Notes under the pieces: model-generated
Databases searched by the model: none
Seen by the model: only the letters and a program-made list of their open reading frames with translations
Told to the model about the DNA's origin: nothing
Translations under genes and position numbers: made by a program
Assembly (NCBI GenBank): GCA_964388265.1
Contig: CAYLXZ010000009.1
Span: 1-29,140, forward strand
Length of the DNA stretch: 29,140 nt
Direction of reading: 5' to 3'
DNA from: Candidatus Micrarchaeota archaeon
GTDB lineage: Archaea > B1Sed10-29
Shown here: piece by piece, positions 7,531 through 16,181 of the stretch
How positions within the stretch are numbered: position 1 is the stretch's first letter
Layout of the letters: each line of letters starts with the position of its first letter

Positions 7531-9270
7531 ATGCTTAGATCACCAATAATCTGTATAATGGGTCACGTAGACCACGGGAAGACAGCCATACTAGACTACA
7601 TTAGAGGCACAGCCGTGAGAGAAGGAGAAGCAGGAGCCATAACCCAACACGTAGGCGCGAGCTTCATCCCAACCCAAACAGTCAAAGAACAAAGCAAAGA
7701 ACTACTCGACAAATACGGATACGACCTAGAAATACCAGGACTACTATTCATAGACACACCAGGACACCAAGCCTTCACATCACTAAGGAAAAGAGGAGGA
7801 AAAACAGCAGAACTAGCAATACTAGTAATAGACGTCACACAAGGAGTACAACCACAAACAAAAGAAGCACTAGAAATAATGAAGAAACACAAATGTCCAT
7901 TCATCATAGCAGCAAACAAAATAGACAAAATCCAAGGATGGAGACCAAACCAAGGAGAAAGCTTCTCAAAAACCATCAAAAAACAAAGCGAAAGAACCAA
8001 GAAACTTCTAGACGACAAGATATACGAAATAATCGGAGATGTAGCATCAAAAGAATTCAACTCACAGAGATTCGACAAAGCCGAAAACCCAGAAGACACC
8101 ATCCTAATAATCCCAACATCAGCAGAAACAGGAGAAGGAATACCAGAACTCCTAATGTTCCTCTCAGGACTATCACAAAAATACATGAAAAAATCACTAG
8201 ACGTAAAATCAGATCAACCAGGAAAAGGAACCATACTAGAAGTAAAAGAAGTCAAAGGACTAGGAAAAACTATAGATGTGATACTAGACACAGGTAAAAT
8301 AAAGAAAGGAGACAAAATAATCCTAGGAACAAAAAACGAAGCAATAGAAACCAAGATAAGAGCCCTACTAGAACCAAAAGAACTAGAAGAAATGAGAGAA
8401 GCAAAAGGAAACCAATTCAAAAGAGTAAAAGAAGTCAACGCAGCCGCAGGAATCAAGATAGCTGCACCGGACCTAGAAAACGCAGTACCAGGATCCTCAA
8501 TCCAAGTAGCCACAGAAGAAAACAAGGAAGAGATAAAAAAAGAGATAGAAGAACAGATAAAGAACGTGGAGATAGAAAACGACAAAACAGGAGTAATAGT
8601 CAAAGCAGACACAATAGGATCATTAGAAGGAGTAACAGACCTATTCAAAGACAAAGAAATACCGATAAAAAGAGCTAACATAGGGAAAGTGAGAAAGAAA
8701 GATTTGATAGAAGCAGAATCAATAAAGAAAGATAACCGGTACCTAGGAGCAATATTCGCATTCAACACAGAAGTACCAGAAGAGATAGAGAAAGAAGCAA
8801 AAGAAAGAAATATACAGATATTCCAATCAGACATCGTCTACGAACTAGAAAAACAATACAAAGAATGGAAAGAAAAAGAAGAAAAGAAAGCCAGGCAAGA
8901 AAAACTCGAAAAATACACCTATCCAGCCAAGATAAAGATAATGCCAGAACACACATTCAGAAAAAGCAAACCAGCAGTAGTAGGCGTAAAGATACTTCAA
9001 GGAAAACTAAAACCAGGCTACAGACTAATGAACCAAGAAGGAAAAAAACTAGGAGAAGTAGAAAGCATACAAATCAAAGAAGAAAACATAGATCTCGCCG
9101 AAAAAGGAGACGAAGTCGCAGTAGCCATATCAAACGTCACAGTAGGCAGACAGATAGAAGAAGGAGAAACACTCTACACAGACGTACCCGTAGACGAAAC
9201 TTACGATCTTGAAGAAGAAGGATTCAAAAACAAACAATTACTAAGAGAAATAAGAAGAATAAAGAGGTGA
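7531..9270 (+). CDS. infB: Translation initiation factor aIF5B (IF-2)
   Basis: LRSPIICIMGHVDHGKT, EAGAITQHVGA, IDTPGH, ANKID, KADTIGSLEG. ATG 7531 is preferred over GTG 7522, which looks like part of the AGTGA SD. Confidence 0.97.
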   Translation: MLRSPIICIMGHVDHGKTAILDYIRGTAVREGEAGAITQHVGASFIPTQTVKEQSKELLDKYGYDLEIPGLLFIDTPGHQAFTSLRKRGGKTAELAILVIDVTQGVQPQTKEALEIMKKHKCPFIIAANKIDKIQGWRPNQGESFSKTIKKQSERTKKLLDDKIYEIIGDVASKEFNSQRFDKAENPEDTILIIPTSAETGEGIPELLMFLSGLSQKYMKKSLDVKSDQPGKGTILEVKEVKGLGKTIDVILDTGKIKKGDKIILGTKNEAIETKIRALLEPKELEEMREAKGNQFKRVKEVNAAAGIKIAAPDLENAVPGSSIQVATEENKEEIKKEIEEQIKNVEIENDKTGVIVKADTIGSLEGVTDLFKDKEIPIKRANIGKVRKKDLIEAESIKKDNRYLGAIFAFNTEVPEEIEKEAKERNIQIFQSDIVYELEKQYKEWKEKEEKKARQEKLEKYTYPAKIKIMPEHTFRKSKPAVVGVKILQGKLKPGYRLMNQEGKKLGEVESIQIKEENIDLAEKGDEVAVAISNVTVGRQIEEGETLYTDVPVDETYDLEEEGFKNKQLLREIRRIKR

Positions 9271-9275
9271 AACAG

Positions 9276-9914
9276 ATGAAGATAGTAGTATCAGACCCAA
9301 AAGAAGGAAGAACATACCAGAAAGAAATAGATGAAGACGAAGAAAAAGCACTGTACAGAAAGAGAATAGGACAAGAGATACAAGGAAGTCTCCTGGACCT
9401 AAACGGATACACACTAAAGATAACAGGAGGAAGCGACAAACAAGGATTTCCAATGAGAAAAGGAGTAAACACCACAGAAAGAAGAAAAGTACTACTCTCC
9501 AGCGGAACAGGGTTCAATCCCAAGAAAAAAGGAATCAAAAGAAGAAAAACAGTAAGAGGAGAAATAGTAAACAAAGAAATCGAGCAACTTAACCTAAAAG
9601 TAACAAAAGAAGGCAAGAAAGACCTAAAAGTCCTATTCGGACTAGAAGAAGAACCAGAAGAAACAAAAGAAGAGGAAAAAGAAGAAACAGAGACAGAAGA
9701 AGCTGAATCAGAAGAGAAAGAAGAAACAGAAACTGAAGAAGAGACGGAAGAACAAGAAAAAGACGAAGAAGCAGAAGAAGAAACGGAAGAACAAGAAGAA
9801 AAGGAACCTGAAGAAGAAAATGAAAAAGAGACAGAAGAAGTCGAATGCCCAGAATGTGGAGAGACCTTTGACTCGGAAAAAGGAATGAAAATACACAAAT
9901 CCCAAGCACATTAA
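9276..9914 (+). CDS. rps6e: 30S ribosomal protein S6e with acidic C-terminal extension and C2H2 zinc finger
   Basis: KITGGSDKQGFPMR, RRKTVRG, QLNLKV; then about 65 aa of E/T/K-rich sequence and CPECGETFDSEKGMKIHKSQAH; SD GAGGTGA before ATG 9276. Confidence 0.95.
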   Translation: MKIVVSDPKEGRTYQKEIDEDEEKALYRKRIGQEIQGSLLDLNGYTLKITGGSDKQGFPMRKGVNTTERRKVLLSSGTGFNPKKKGIKRRKTVRGEIVNKEIEQLNLKVTKEGKKDLKVLFGLEEEPEETKEEEKEETETEEAESEEKEETETEEETEEQEKDEEAEEETEEQEEKEPEEENEKETEEVECPECGETFDSEKGMKIHKSQAH

Positions 9915-9955
9915 ATAGAAAACAGAACAAATAAAAAGAAAAGGAGTGGATCAAA

Positions 9956-11152
9956 ATACCCGAACCAAAACAACCAGAAGTAAACATAGGCCTATCAGGA
10001 CACGTAGACCACGGAAAGACATCAGTAGTCAAACAACTAAGCGGAAAATGGACAGACAGACACTCAGAAGAACTGAAAAGAGGAATAACAATGAAGCTAG
10101 GGTATGCAGACACCACATTCTACAAATGCAAAGACACAGAGAAATACACAGCCAAGAAAGACGAATGCGAAGACCCAGAGACACTTAGAAAAATATCCTT
10201 CGTGGACTGCCCGGGCCACGAAACACTCATGACAGTGACACTGTCCGGAGCAAGCATAATGGACGGAGCACTCCTAGTGATAGCAGCAAACGAAGAATGC
10301 CCACAACCACAAACAAAAGAACACCTATCCGCCCTAGAAATAGCGGAAATAGACAACATAGTAATAGTTCAAACAAAAATAGATCTAGTGGACAAAGAAG
10401 AAGCCAAGGAACACAAAGAAAAGATAGAGGAATTCGTAGAAGGAACAATAGCAGAAGACGCTCCAATAATTCCAGTGTCCTCACACCACGAAATAAACTT
10501 CAATACACTGATAAAAGCAATAGAAGAAGAAATACCCACTCCAGAAAGAGATCCAGACAAACCAGGAAGAATCCAAATAGCAAGATCCTTCGACATAAAC
10601 AAGCCAGGATCACAGATAAAAAACATAAAAGGAGGAGTAATCGGAGGATCACTAATACAAGGAGAACTAGAAAAAGGAGACAAAATAGAGATAGTTCCAG
10701 GAATAAAGGAAGATGGAGAAACCCAGAAAATAGAAACAGAGATAACCTCACTATCCACAGAGAACCATGAAATAGAAAAAGCAAAGCCAGGAGGACTAAT
10801 AGGAGTCCAAACAAAACTAGATCCATCCCTAACCAAAGGAGACAACCTAATAGGATGCATAGCAGGAGAACCAGGAACACTACCATCAGTAAGAAAAGAA
10901 CTAGAAATAGAACCAACACTATTCAAAGAGAGCGTGGACTTCGAAGAAGTAAACCCACTAAAAGTCAACGAAAACCTAGTGCTAAACTCAGGCACAGCAA
11001 CCGTACCAGGAACCGTTGAAAAAGTCTACGGCCAAGAAAAAGCAGAAATAAAACTAGGAAAACCACTAGCCGTAGAAAAAGGATCCAAAATAGCAATATC
11101 ACGGAAATCCAAATCCAGATGGACCCTAATAGGATACGGAATAGTCAAATAA
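9956..11152 (+). CDS. eif2g: Translation initiation factor aIF2 subunit gamma; apparent AUA start
   Basis: The frame upstream of the ORF-track ATG (10091) encodes PEPKQPEVNIGLSGHVDHGKT...TDRHSEELKRGIT. It is closed by TAA 9932-9934 and has no ATG/GTG/TTG in that interval. Also DCPGHE, CPQPQTKEH, RSFDINKPG, RWTLIGYG. Confidence 0.95.
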   Translation: MPEPKQPEVNIGLSGHVDHGKTSVVKQLSGKWTDRHSEELKRGITMKLGYADTTFYKCKDTEKYTAKKDECEDPETLRKISFVDCPGHETLMTVTLSGASIMDGALLVIAANEECPQPQTKEHLSALEIAEIDNIVIVQTKIDLVDKEEAKEHKEKIEEFVEGTIAEDAPIIPVSSHHEINFNTLIKAIEEEIPTPERDPDKPGRIQIARSFDINKPGSQIKNIKGGVIGGSLIQGELEKGDKIEIVPGIKEDGETQKIETEITSLSTENHEIEKAKPGGLIGVQTKLDPSLTKGDNLIGCIAGEPGTLPSVRKELEIEPTLFKESVDFEEVNPLKVNENLVLNSGTATVPGTVEKVYGQEKAEIKLGKPLAVEKGSKIAISRKSKSRWTLIGYGIVK

Positions 11153-11166
11153 CCACAGTTAAAATC

Positions 11167-11526
11167 ATGAAAATCATACTAGACACAAACTTCCTAACAA
11201 TACCAGAAGAAAAAAAGATAGACATATTCACAGAAATAAAAAACAAGAAACCAAAAGCAAAGTTCATAACATTAAAATCAGTGGAAAAAGAACTAGATAA
11301 ATTAAACACTAAAGCAAGTGAAGTAGGAAAGCAATTATTAAAAGAGAAAAACATAAAAATCATAGAGCAAAACCAAGAAGCACACACCGACGACAATATA
11401 GTAAAACTCGCTGAAGAAGAAAACGCAGCAGTAGCCACAAACGACAAGGAACTGAGAAAAAGATGCAGAAAAAGAAACATCTCAACCATATACCTCAGAA
11501 GCAATAAAAAAATCGAAATAGAGTGA
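11167..11526 (+). CDS. PIN-domain protein (Fcf1/Utp24-like)
   Basis: IILDTNFL, TDDNI, VATNDKELR, IYLR; conserved position after eif2g. Confidence 0.88.
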   Translation: MKIILDTNFLTIPEEKKIDIFTEIKNKKPKAKFITLKSVEKELDKLNTKASEVGKQLLKEKNIKIIEQNQEAHTDDNIVKLAEEENAAVATNDKELRKRCRKRNISTIYLRSNKKIEIE

Positions 11527-11530
11527 TAAC

Positions 11531-12073
11531 ATGGGAAAAGGAATGAACTTATGGAAAGACATCGAAAAAGGACCAAACCCACCAAAAGACATGAACATAG
11601 TGATAGAAATACCAAGAAGAAGCAGAAACAAATACGAATACCACCATGAAAAAGGATACTTCAAGCTAGACAGAGTAATATACTCACCAGTTCACTACCC
11701 AGGAGACTACGGCTTCATCCCACAGACACTATCAGACGACGGAGACCCACTCGACACAATCGTACTCACAGAAGAAGCAACCTTCCCAGGATGCATAATA
11801 GAAGCCAGAGCAATAGGAGTACTAAGAATGGAAGACGAAACCGGAATAGACGACAAGATACTAGCAGCACCAGCAAAAGATCCAAGAAAAGCAGAATACA
11901 CAGACATAGAAGACGTGAACGAACACAAAAGAACCGAAATCTACCACTTCTTCAGCGTATACAAAGAACTAGAAAAACACAAATGGGTAGAGATCAAAGA
12001 CTGGCTAGGAGCAGAAAAAGCCGAAGAAATAATACAAAAAGCAATAGAAAAATACAACAAGGAGGAAAAATAG
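11531..12073 (+). CDS. ppa: Inorganic pyrophosphatase (family I)
   Basis: IEIP..SRNKYEY, LDR, YPGDYGFIPQT, DGDPLD, DDKILA, HFFSVYKELE. Confidence 0.97.
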   Translation: MGKGMNLWKDIEKGPNPPKDMNIVIEIPRRSRNKYEYHHEKGYFKLDRVIYSPVHYPGDYGFIPQTLSDDGDPLDTIVLTEEATFPGCIIEARAIGVLRMEDETGIDDKILAAPAKDPRKAEYTDIEDVNEHKRTEIYHFFSVYKELEKHKWVEIKDWLGAEKAEEIIQKAIEKYNKEEK

Positions 12074-12634
12074 ATGTACAAAAACATAACCATACGAGAC
12101 TCAGTTAGAATACCTCCAAAATTCTTTGGAGAATCACTAGAAGAATCAGTACAAAAAGCACTCAGAGAAAAATACGAAGCAGAACTAGACAAAGACACAG
12201 GAGTAATACTAAGCATAGACAACTGCAGAGAAATAAAAGAAGGAAAAATAATACCAGGAGACGGATCATCCTACCACGAAGTAACCTTCGACGCACTCAC
12301 ATTCCAACCACAGATGCACGAAGTAGTAAGAGGAGAAGTAAACGAGATAACAGACTTCGGAGCATTCATAAGATTCGGTCCAATAGACGCACTAGCACAC
12401 GTATCACAAATAACAGACGACTACATGAGCTTCAACGAAAAGACCAGTTCACTATCCGGAAAAGAAACAAACAGAACCCTAAAAGAAGAAGACAAAGTAG
12501 TATCAAGAGTAATCGCCGTTTCCCTGAAAAACAACGTAAAAGACTCAAAAATAAACCTAACAATGAAACAAAAAGGACTAGGTAAAAAAGAATGGATAAA
12601 AGAAGAAAAAGAAGGAGGAGAAGAAGATGAGTAA
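12074..12634 (+). CDS. rpoE1: DNA-directed RNA polymerase subunit E' (Rpo7)
   Basis: VRIPP..FG, GKIIPGDG, FGAFIRFGPIDALAHVSQITDD (S1 domain), LTMKQKGLGKKEW. Confidence 0.96.
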   Translation: MYKNITIRDSVRIPPKFFGESLEESVQKALREKYEAELDKDTGVILSIDNCREIKEGKIIPGDGSSYHEVTFDALTFQPQMHEVVRGEVNEITDFGAFIRFGPIDALAHVSQITDDYMSFNEKTSSLSGKETNRTLKEEDKVVSRVIAVSLKNNVKDSKINLTMKQKGLGKKEWIKEEKEGGEEDE

Positions 12635-12818
12635 ATCCAAAGCATGTCAAAAATGCCACAGAATAACAGAAGGAGACATCTGCCCAGTCTGCAAAGACTC
12701 AGAACTAACCAAAAGCTGGAAAGGATTCACAATAATCACAAACCCAGAGAAATCAGAGATAGCAGACAAACTGGACGCCAAGAGCCCAGGAAAATACGCA
12801 TTAAGACTCAAAAAATAA
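12627..12818 (+). CDS. spt4: Transcription elongation factor Spt4 (RpoE'')
   Basis: KACQKCH, CPVC, W.G..II.NPEKSEIA, PGKYAL. Confidence 0.95.
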   Translation: MSKSKACQKCHRITEGDICPVCKDSELTKSWKGFTIITNPEKSEIADKLDAKSPGKYALRLKK

Positions 12819-12830
12819 CAGGTGAAAAAA

Positions 12831-13121
12831 ATGAACATGGAAACACAGAAAAAAGAAGAAAGACCCTTATATCACAGAGAAGAAATACAGATAAAGATAG
12901 ACGGATACAAAGAAACTCCATCAAGGAAAGAAGTACTTGAAAAAGCAGCCGCAGAACTAGGGTACGACAAAGAAACACTAGTAATAAGCCAGATAAACCA
13001 AGAAAGAGGTAAAAAAGAATCAACAGTCAAAATAGAAGCCTACGATTCCCCAGAAAACCTAGAAAAATACAGCAAAGCATACAAGAAAGAAAGAACAGAA
13101 CAAAAGGAGGAAGAAGAATGA
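12831..13121 (+). CDS. rps24e: 30S ribosomal protein S24e
   Basis: PLYHREEI, TPSRKEV, AYDS; position between spt4 and rps27ae; SD GGTGA before ATG 12831. Confidence 0.9.
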   Translation: MNMETQKKEERPLYHREEIQIKIDGYKETPSRKEVLEKAAAELGYDKETLVISQINQERGKKESTVKIEAYDSPENLEKYSKAYKKERTEQKEEEE

Positions 13122-13264
13122 AAACAGACACCTATGAAGTAAAAGACGATGAAGTAGAAAAGAAAAACCCAGCATGTCCAAAATGCGGAGAAGGAGTATA
13201 CCTAGCGGAACACGAAGACAGATACCACTGCGGTAAATGCGGCTACACACGCTGGAAAGATTAA
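13118..13264 (+). CDS. rps27ae: 30S ribosomal protein S27ae
   Basis: Below the ORF cutoff. MKTDTYEVKDDEVEKKNPACPKCGEGVYLAEHEDRYHCGKCGYTRWKD; ATGA overlap with rps24e. Confidence 0.96.
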   Translation: MKTDTYEVKDDEVEKKNPACPKCGEGVYLAEHEDRYHCGKCGYTRWKD

Positions 13265-13266
13265 TA

Positions 13267-13782
13267 ATGATAAGTTCAATAATCCTATACTCCATACTAA
13301 CAGCACTAGTACTATACAGCCGAAGAAAAGGCAACATACTAGAAAGAATAGGGTTTAAAAAAGAAGTAAACGTATCAAAAGAACTCCTAATATCTCTAGG
13401 TTATCTAATACTACTAATAGCTATATCAATAACAGTAGGAATAATTTTCTATCAATTAGGAATGCAGCAAGATCTTCAAAAAGCACCTGAACTCCTAAAA
13501 GAACTTCCAATCACCGAAGTCCTCACCGTGTTGCTCATCGGTTCATTCACCGAAGAAATATTCTTCAGAGGATACCTACAGGAAAAAACAAATATCTGGG
13601 TATCAACATTCATATTCAGCTTTTTCCACGTAATATACGGATCCTTAGCGGAAATCGTAGGGGCATTCTTCCTAGGACTAGCCCTAGGACATGAATACAG
13701 AAAGACAAAAGGAGTATTCAGCCCGATAATAACCCATGTATTCTACAACCTAATAGTAATATCAATGGTGACCTTAGCTTGA
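13267..13782 (+). CDS. CPBP (CAAX/Abi) family intramembrane glutamic endopeptidase
   Basis: EEIFFRG, FSFFH, ITHVFYN motifs; multiple TM segments; ATG 13267 just after the rps27ae stop. Confidence 0.88.
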   Translation: MISSIILYSILTALVLYSRRKGNILERIGFKKEVNVSKELLISLGYLILLIAISITVGIIFYQLGMQQDLQKAPELLKELPITEVLTVLLIGSFTEEIFFRGYLQEKTNIWVSTFIFSFFHVIYGSLAEIVGAFFLGLALGHEYRKTKGVFSPIITHVFYNLIVISMVTLA

Positions 13783-14738
13783 ACTGCCTTGGAATAGAAT
13801 CAACAGCACACACCCTAGGAATAGGGATAACCCAGAACCAGGAGATCCTAGCGAACGAAAGAGACATCTACAAACCTGAAGAAGGAGGAATAGTCCCTGA
13901 AGAAGCAGCAGAACACCACAAAAAAGTGAAGAGAGAAACAGTAGAAAGAGCTCTGGAAAAAGCAAACCTAGAGAAAAAAAACATAGACCTAATAGCAGTT
14001 GCAAAAGGACCTGGGCTACCACCTTGCCTATCCCAAGGAGTGAAACTAGCTAAAGAACTATCAAAAGAACTAGAAGTAGAAATAGTGCCTGTGAATCACT
14101 GCATAGCCCATATAGAGATAGGTAAAAAAACAACTGAAGCTGAAGACCCGTTAGTACAATACGTGTCCGGAGGAAACACCCAGATACTATCACTAGCAGG
14201 AGGAAAATACAGAATACACGGAGAAACACTGGACATAGGTATAGGGAACGCGTTCGACAAGTTCGCAAGAGAAATAGATCTCTCAATGCCAGGAGGACCA
14301 AAGATAATGAAACTAGCTGAAAAAGGAGAAAAATACATAGAACTACCCTACACCGTCAAAGGAATGGATCTATCCTTCTCAGGACTAGTAACAGAAGCCT
14401 CAAAGAAAGCAAAGAAAGAAACAAAAGAAAACATCTCCTACTCATTCCAAGAAACCGCTCTATCCATGCTAGTGGAAGTTACAGAAAGAGCAATAGCACA
14501 CACAAAGAAAAAAGAGCTTCTACTAACAGGAGGAGTCGCAGCAAACACCAGGCTAAGACAGATGAATAAAAAAATGACAGCAACCCATGACGCCACGTTC
14601 CACGTTCCCGAAAAAGAGTACTGCGGAGACAACGGAGCCATGATAGCCTACACAGGAGCAAAATACAAGGAAAAAGCAGTGAAAGATCTTGACATAGATC
14701 CAAGATGGAGACCAGACACAGTGAAGGTGAGACAATGA
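13779..14738 (+). CDS. kae1: KEOPS t6A synthase Kae1 (TTG start)
   Basis: LGIESTAHT, GPGLPPCL, VNHCIAHIE, YVSGGNTQ, GETLDIGIGN, GDNGAMIA; SD GGTGA before TTG. Confidence 0.97.
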   Translation: MNCLGIESTAHTLGIGITQNQEILANERDIYKPEEGGIVPEEAAEHHKKVKRETVERALEKANLEKKNIDLIAVAKGPGLPPCLSQGVKLAKELSKELEVEIVPVNHCIAHIEIGKKTTEAEDPLVQYVSGGNTQILSLAGGKYRIHGETLDIGIGNAFDKFAREIDLSMPGGPKIMKLAEKGEKYIELPYTVKGMDLSFSGLVTEASKKAKKETKENISYSFQETALSMLVEVTERAIAHTKKKELLLTGGVAANTRLRQMNKKMTATHDATFHVPEKEYCGDNGAMIAYTGAKYKEKAVKDLDIDPRWRPDTVKVRQ

Positions 14739-15289
14739 ATACCGTGGGAATTGACCTAGCTGGACTTCCAAAGAACGACACCGGATTCTGCAACCTAGAA
14801 GACAAAAAAACAACAGCCAAAACACTAAAAGAAGATGAAAAAATAATCAAAGAAATCGAAAAATTCAACCCAGAGATAATAGGTATAGACGGACCATTAT
14901 CCAAACCCAAGAAAGGAAAACTAAGAGAATGCGACCAAGAACTAAAAAGACACGGAGCCCTACCACCAATGATGTCACGAGGAATGAAAAAACTAACAGA
15001 AAGAGCAATAAAAATATCAAAAGAACTGGAAAACAAAGGATACAAAGTAAAAGAAGTTCTACCATCCGCAACCGCCAATATACTGGGAATGAAACGGAAG
15101 AAAGGAGAAGAAAAGAAACTCCAGAAACAGATGATAGAACTAGGATTAAAAGGAACCGTAGAGAGAAGAATGCTATCAATAGACGAATTAGACTCAATAC
15201 TAGCATCACTAACCATGAAACTTCACCTAGACGAAAAAACAAGAGAAATAGGAAACCCAGAAGAAGGAATAATAGTGATTCCTAAATAA
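14735..15289 (+). CDS. DUF429-like predicted nuclease (RNase H fold)
   Basis: VGIDLAG..KNDTG, IGIDGPLS, RECDQEL, EVLPSA, DELDSILA; ATGA overlap with kae1. Confidence 0.8.
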   Translation: MNTVGIDLAGLPKNDTGFCNLEDKKTTAKTLKEDEKIIKEIEKFNPEIIGIDGPLSKPKKGKLRECDQELKRHGALPPMMSRGMKKLTERAIKISKELENKGYKVKEVLPSATANILGMKRKKGEEKKLQKQMIELGLKGTVERRMLSIDELDSILASLTMKLHLDEKTREIGNPEEGIIVIPK

Positions 15290-15298
15290 AGGATAAAA

Positions 15299-15898
15299 AT
15301 GAATGTAATATACCGAGGAGCCGAAGCAATACTATACAAAGACGAATACCTCGACATACCAGTGATAAAAAAAGAGAGAAAACCAAAAGAATACAGAGTA
15401 AAAGAAATAGACAAGAAAATAAGAGAACACAGGATAAAAAAAGAAGCCAGGATGATGAAGAAATCTAGAAAATCAGTTAAAACCCCCTACATACTACAGA
15501 TCGATCCAGAGACCACCACACTAACAATGGAAGAAATAAACGGTGAAACACTCAAAGAAAGAATAAAAAACAGACAAGAAAATGCAGAAGAAGTAGGGAA
15601 AGAGATAGGTGAACTGATAAAAAAGCTACATGAACAAAACATCACGCACAACGACCTAACCACCTCTAATATGATAAGAGGCAAAGACGGAGAGATATAC
15701 TTCATAGACTTTGGATTAGCTGAAGACACGGAGAAAGTAGAAGACAAAGCAATGGACCTCCTTGTATTCAAAAAAATGCTAAAAAGCACACACTGGGAAG
15801 ACACCGAGAAAATCTGGAAAAACCTAAAAGAACAGTACGGAAAAGGAAGAATTCTACAGAGACTAAAGCAAATAGAGAAAAGAGGGAGATACACGTGA
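15299..15898 (+). CDS. bud32: KEOPS kinase/ATPase Bud32
   Basis: GAEA, KERKPKEYR, HNDLTTSN, IDFGLA, EDKAMDL, C-terminal KRGRY. Confidence 0.96.
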   Translation: MNVIYRGAEAILYKDEYLDIPVIKKERKPKEYRVKEIDKKIREHRIKKEARMMKKSRKSVKTPYILQIDPETTTLTMEEINGETLKERIKNRQENAEEVGKEIGELIKKLHEQNITHNDLTTSNMIRGKDGEIYFIDFGLAEDTEKVEDKAMDLLVFKKMLKSTHWEDTEKIWKNLKEQYGKGRILQRLKQIEKRGRYT

Positions 15899-16110
15899 CT
15901 TCCTCCCTCTACCTTTTAAGGTAGGGGTTTCCAGAGTTCAGATCTCCACTCTTTATACCTTCTTCATTCATTTCAGTCGGAGCGGGCTTATCTGGAAGCT
16001 TCGCTAAAGGTTCGAGGTTCCTGCTTCAACCACGGAACTTATATCTCCATAAGAGGTAGCAGAGGTTCACAGTGTCCACAGGCGTAATTCGGCCGCGCCC
16101 CTGCCTACAC
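15875..16110 (-). ncRNA. Orphan IS200/IS605 (TnpB)-type omega/sot-like RNA: scaffold about 16108-15895 plus about 20-nt putative guide 15894-15875
   Basis: Minus strand reads GTAGGCAGGGGCGCGGCCGAATTACGCCTGTGGAC...GAAGCAGGAA...GGAAACCCCTACCTTAAAAGGTAGAGGGAGGAAGTCAC. This is the motif order I recognise from tnpB 3' ends/right ends (imperfect terminal hairpin then TCAC). No tnpA/tnpB ORF is present. Confidence 0.72.
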
Positions 16111-16130
16111 ACAAAAACAAGAACCAGAGA

Positions 16131-16146
16131 CATATAAATTTATCTC
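16131..16146 (-). promoter_or_regulatory. Putative BRE/TATA for the orphan RNA
   Basis: Minus strand AGATAAAT-TTTATATG (TATA at 16138-16131), about 22 nt upstream of the scaffold's first G (16108-16110). Confidence 0.55.
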
Positions 16147-16181
16147 TAACAACCCTCAGTTAATTAAAGTTAAAAACCAGG

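Noticed and set aside
9946..10188. GTG-started 80-aa ORF overlapping the eif2g 5' end
   Set aside because: Out-of-frame shadow with no spaced SD; relevant only as the alternative indel explanation for the eif2g start.
15970..15995. GCGGGCTTAT resembling the 3' P4 strand of RNase P RNA
   Set aside because: No matching GAGGAAAGTCC-type 5' strand upstream on the same strand (that region is bud32 coding); the opposite strand fits a tnpB-type RNA better.
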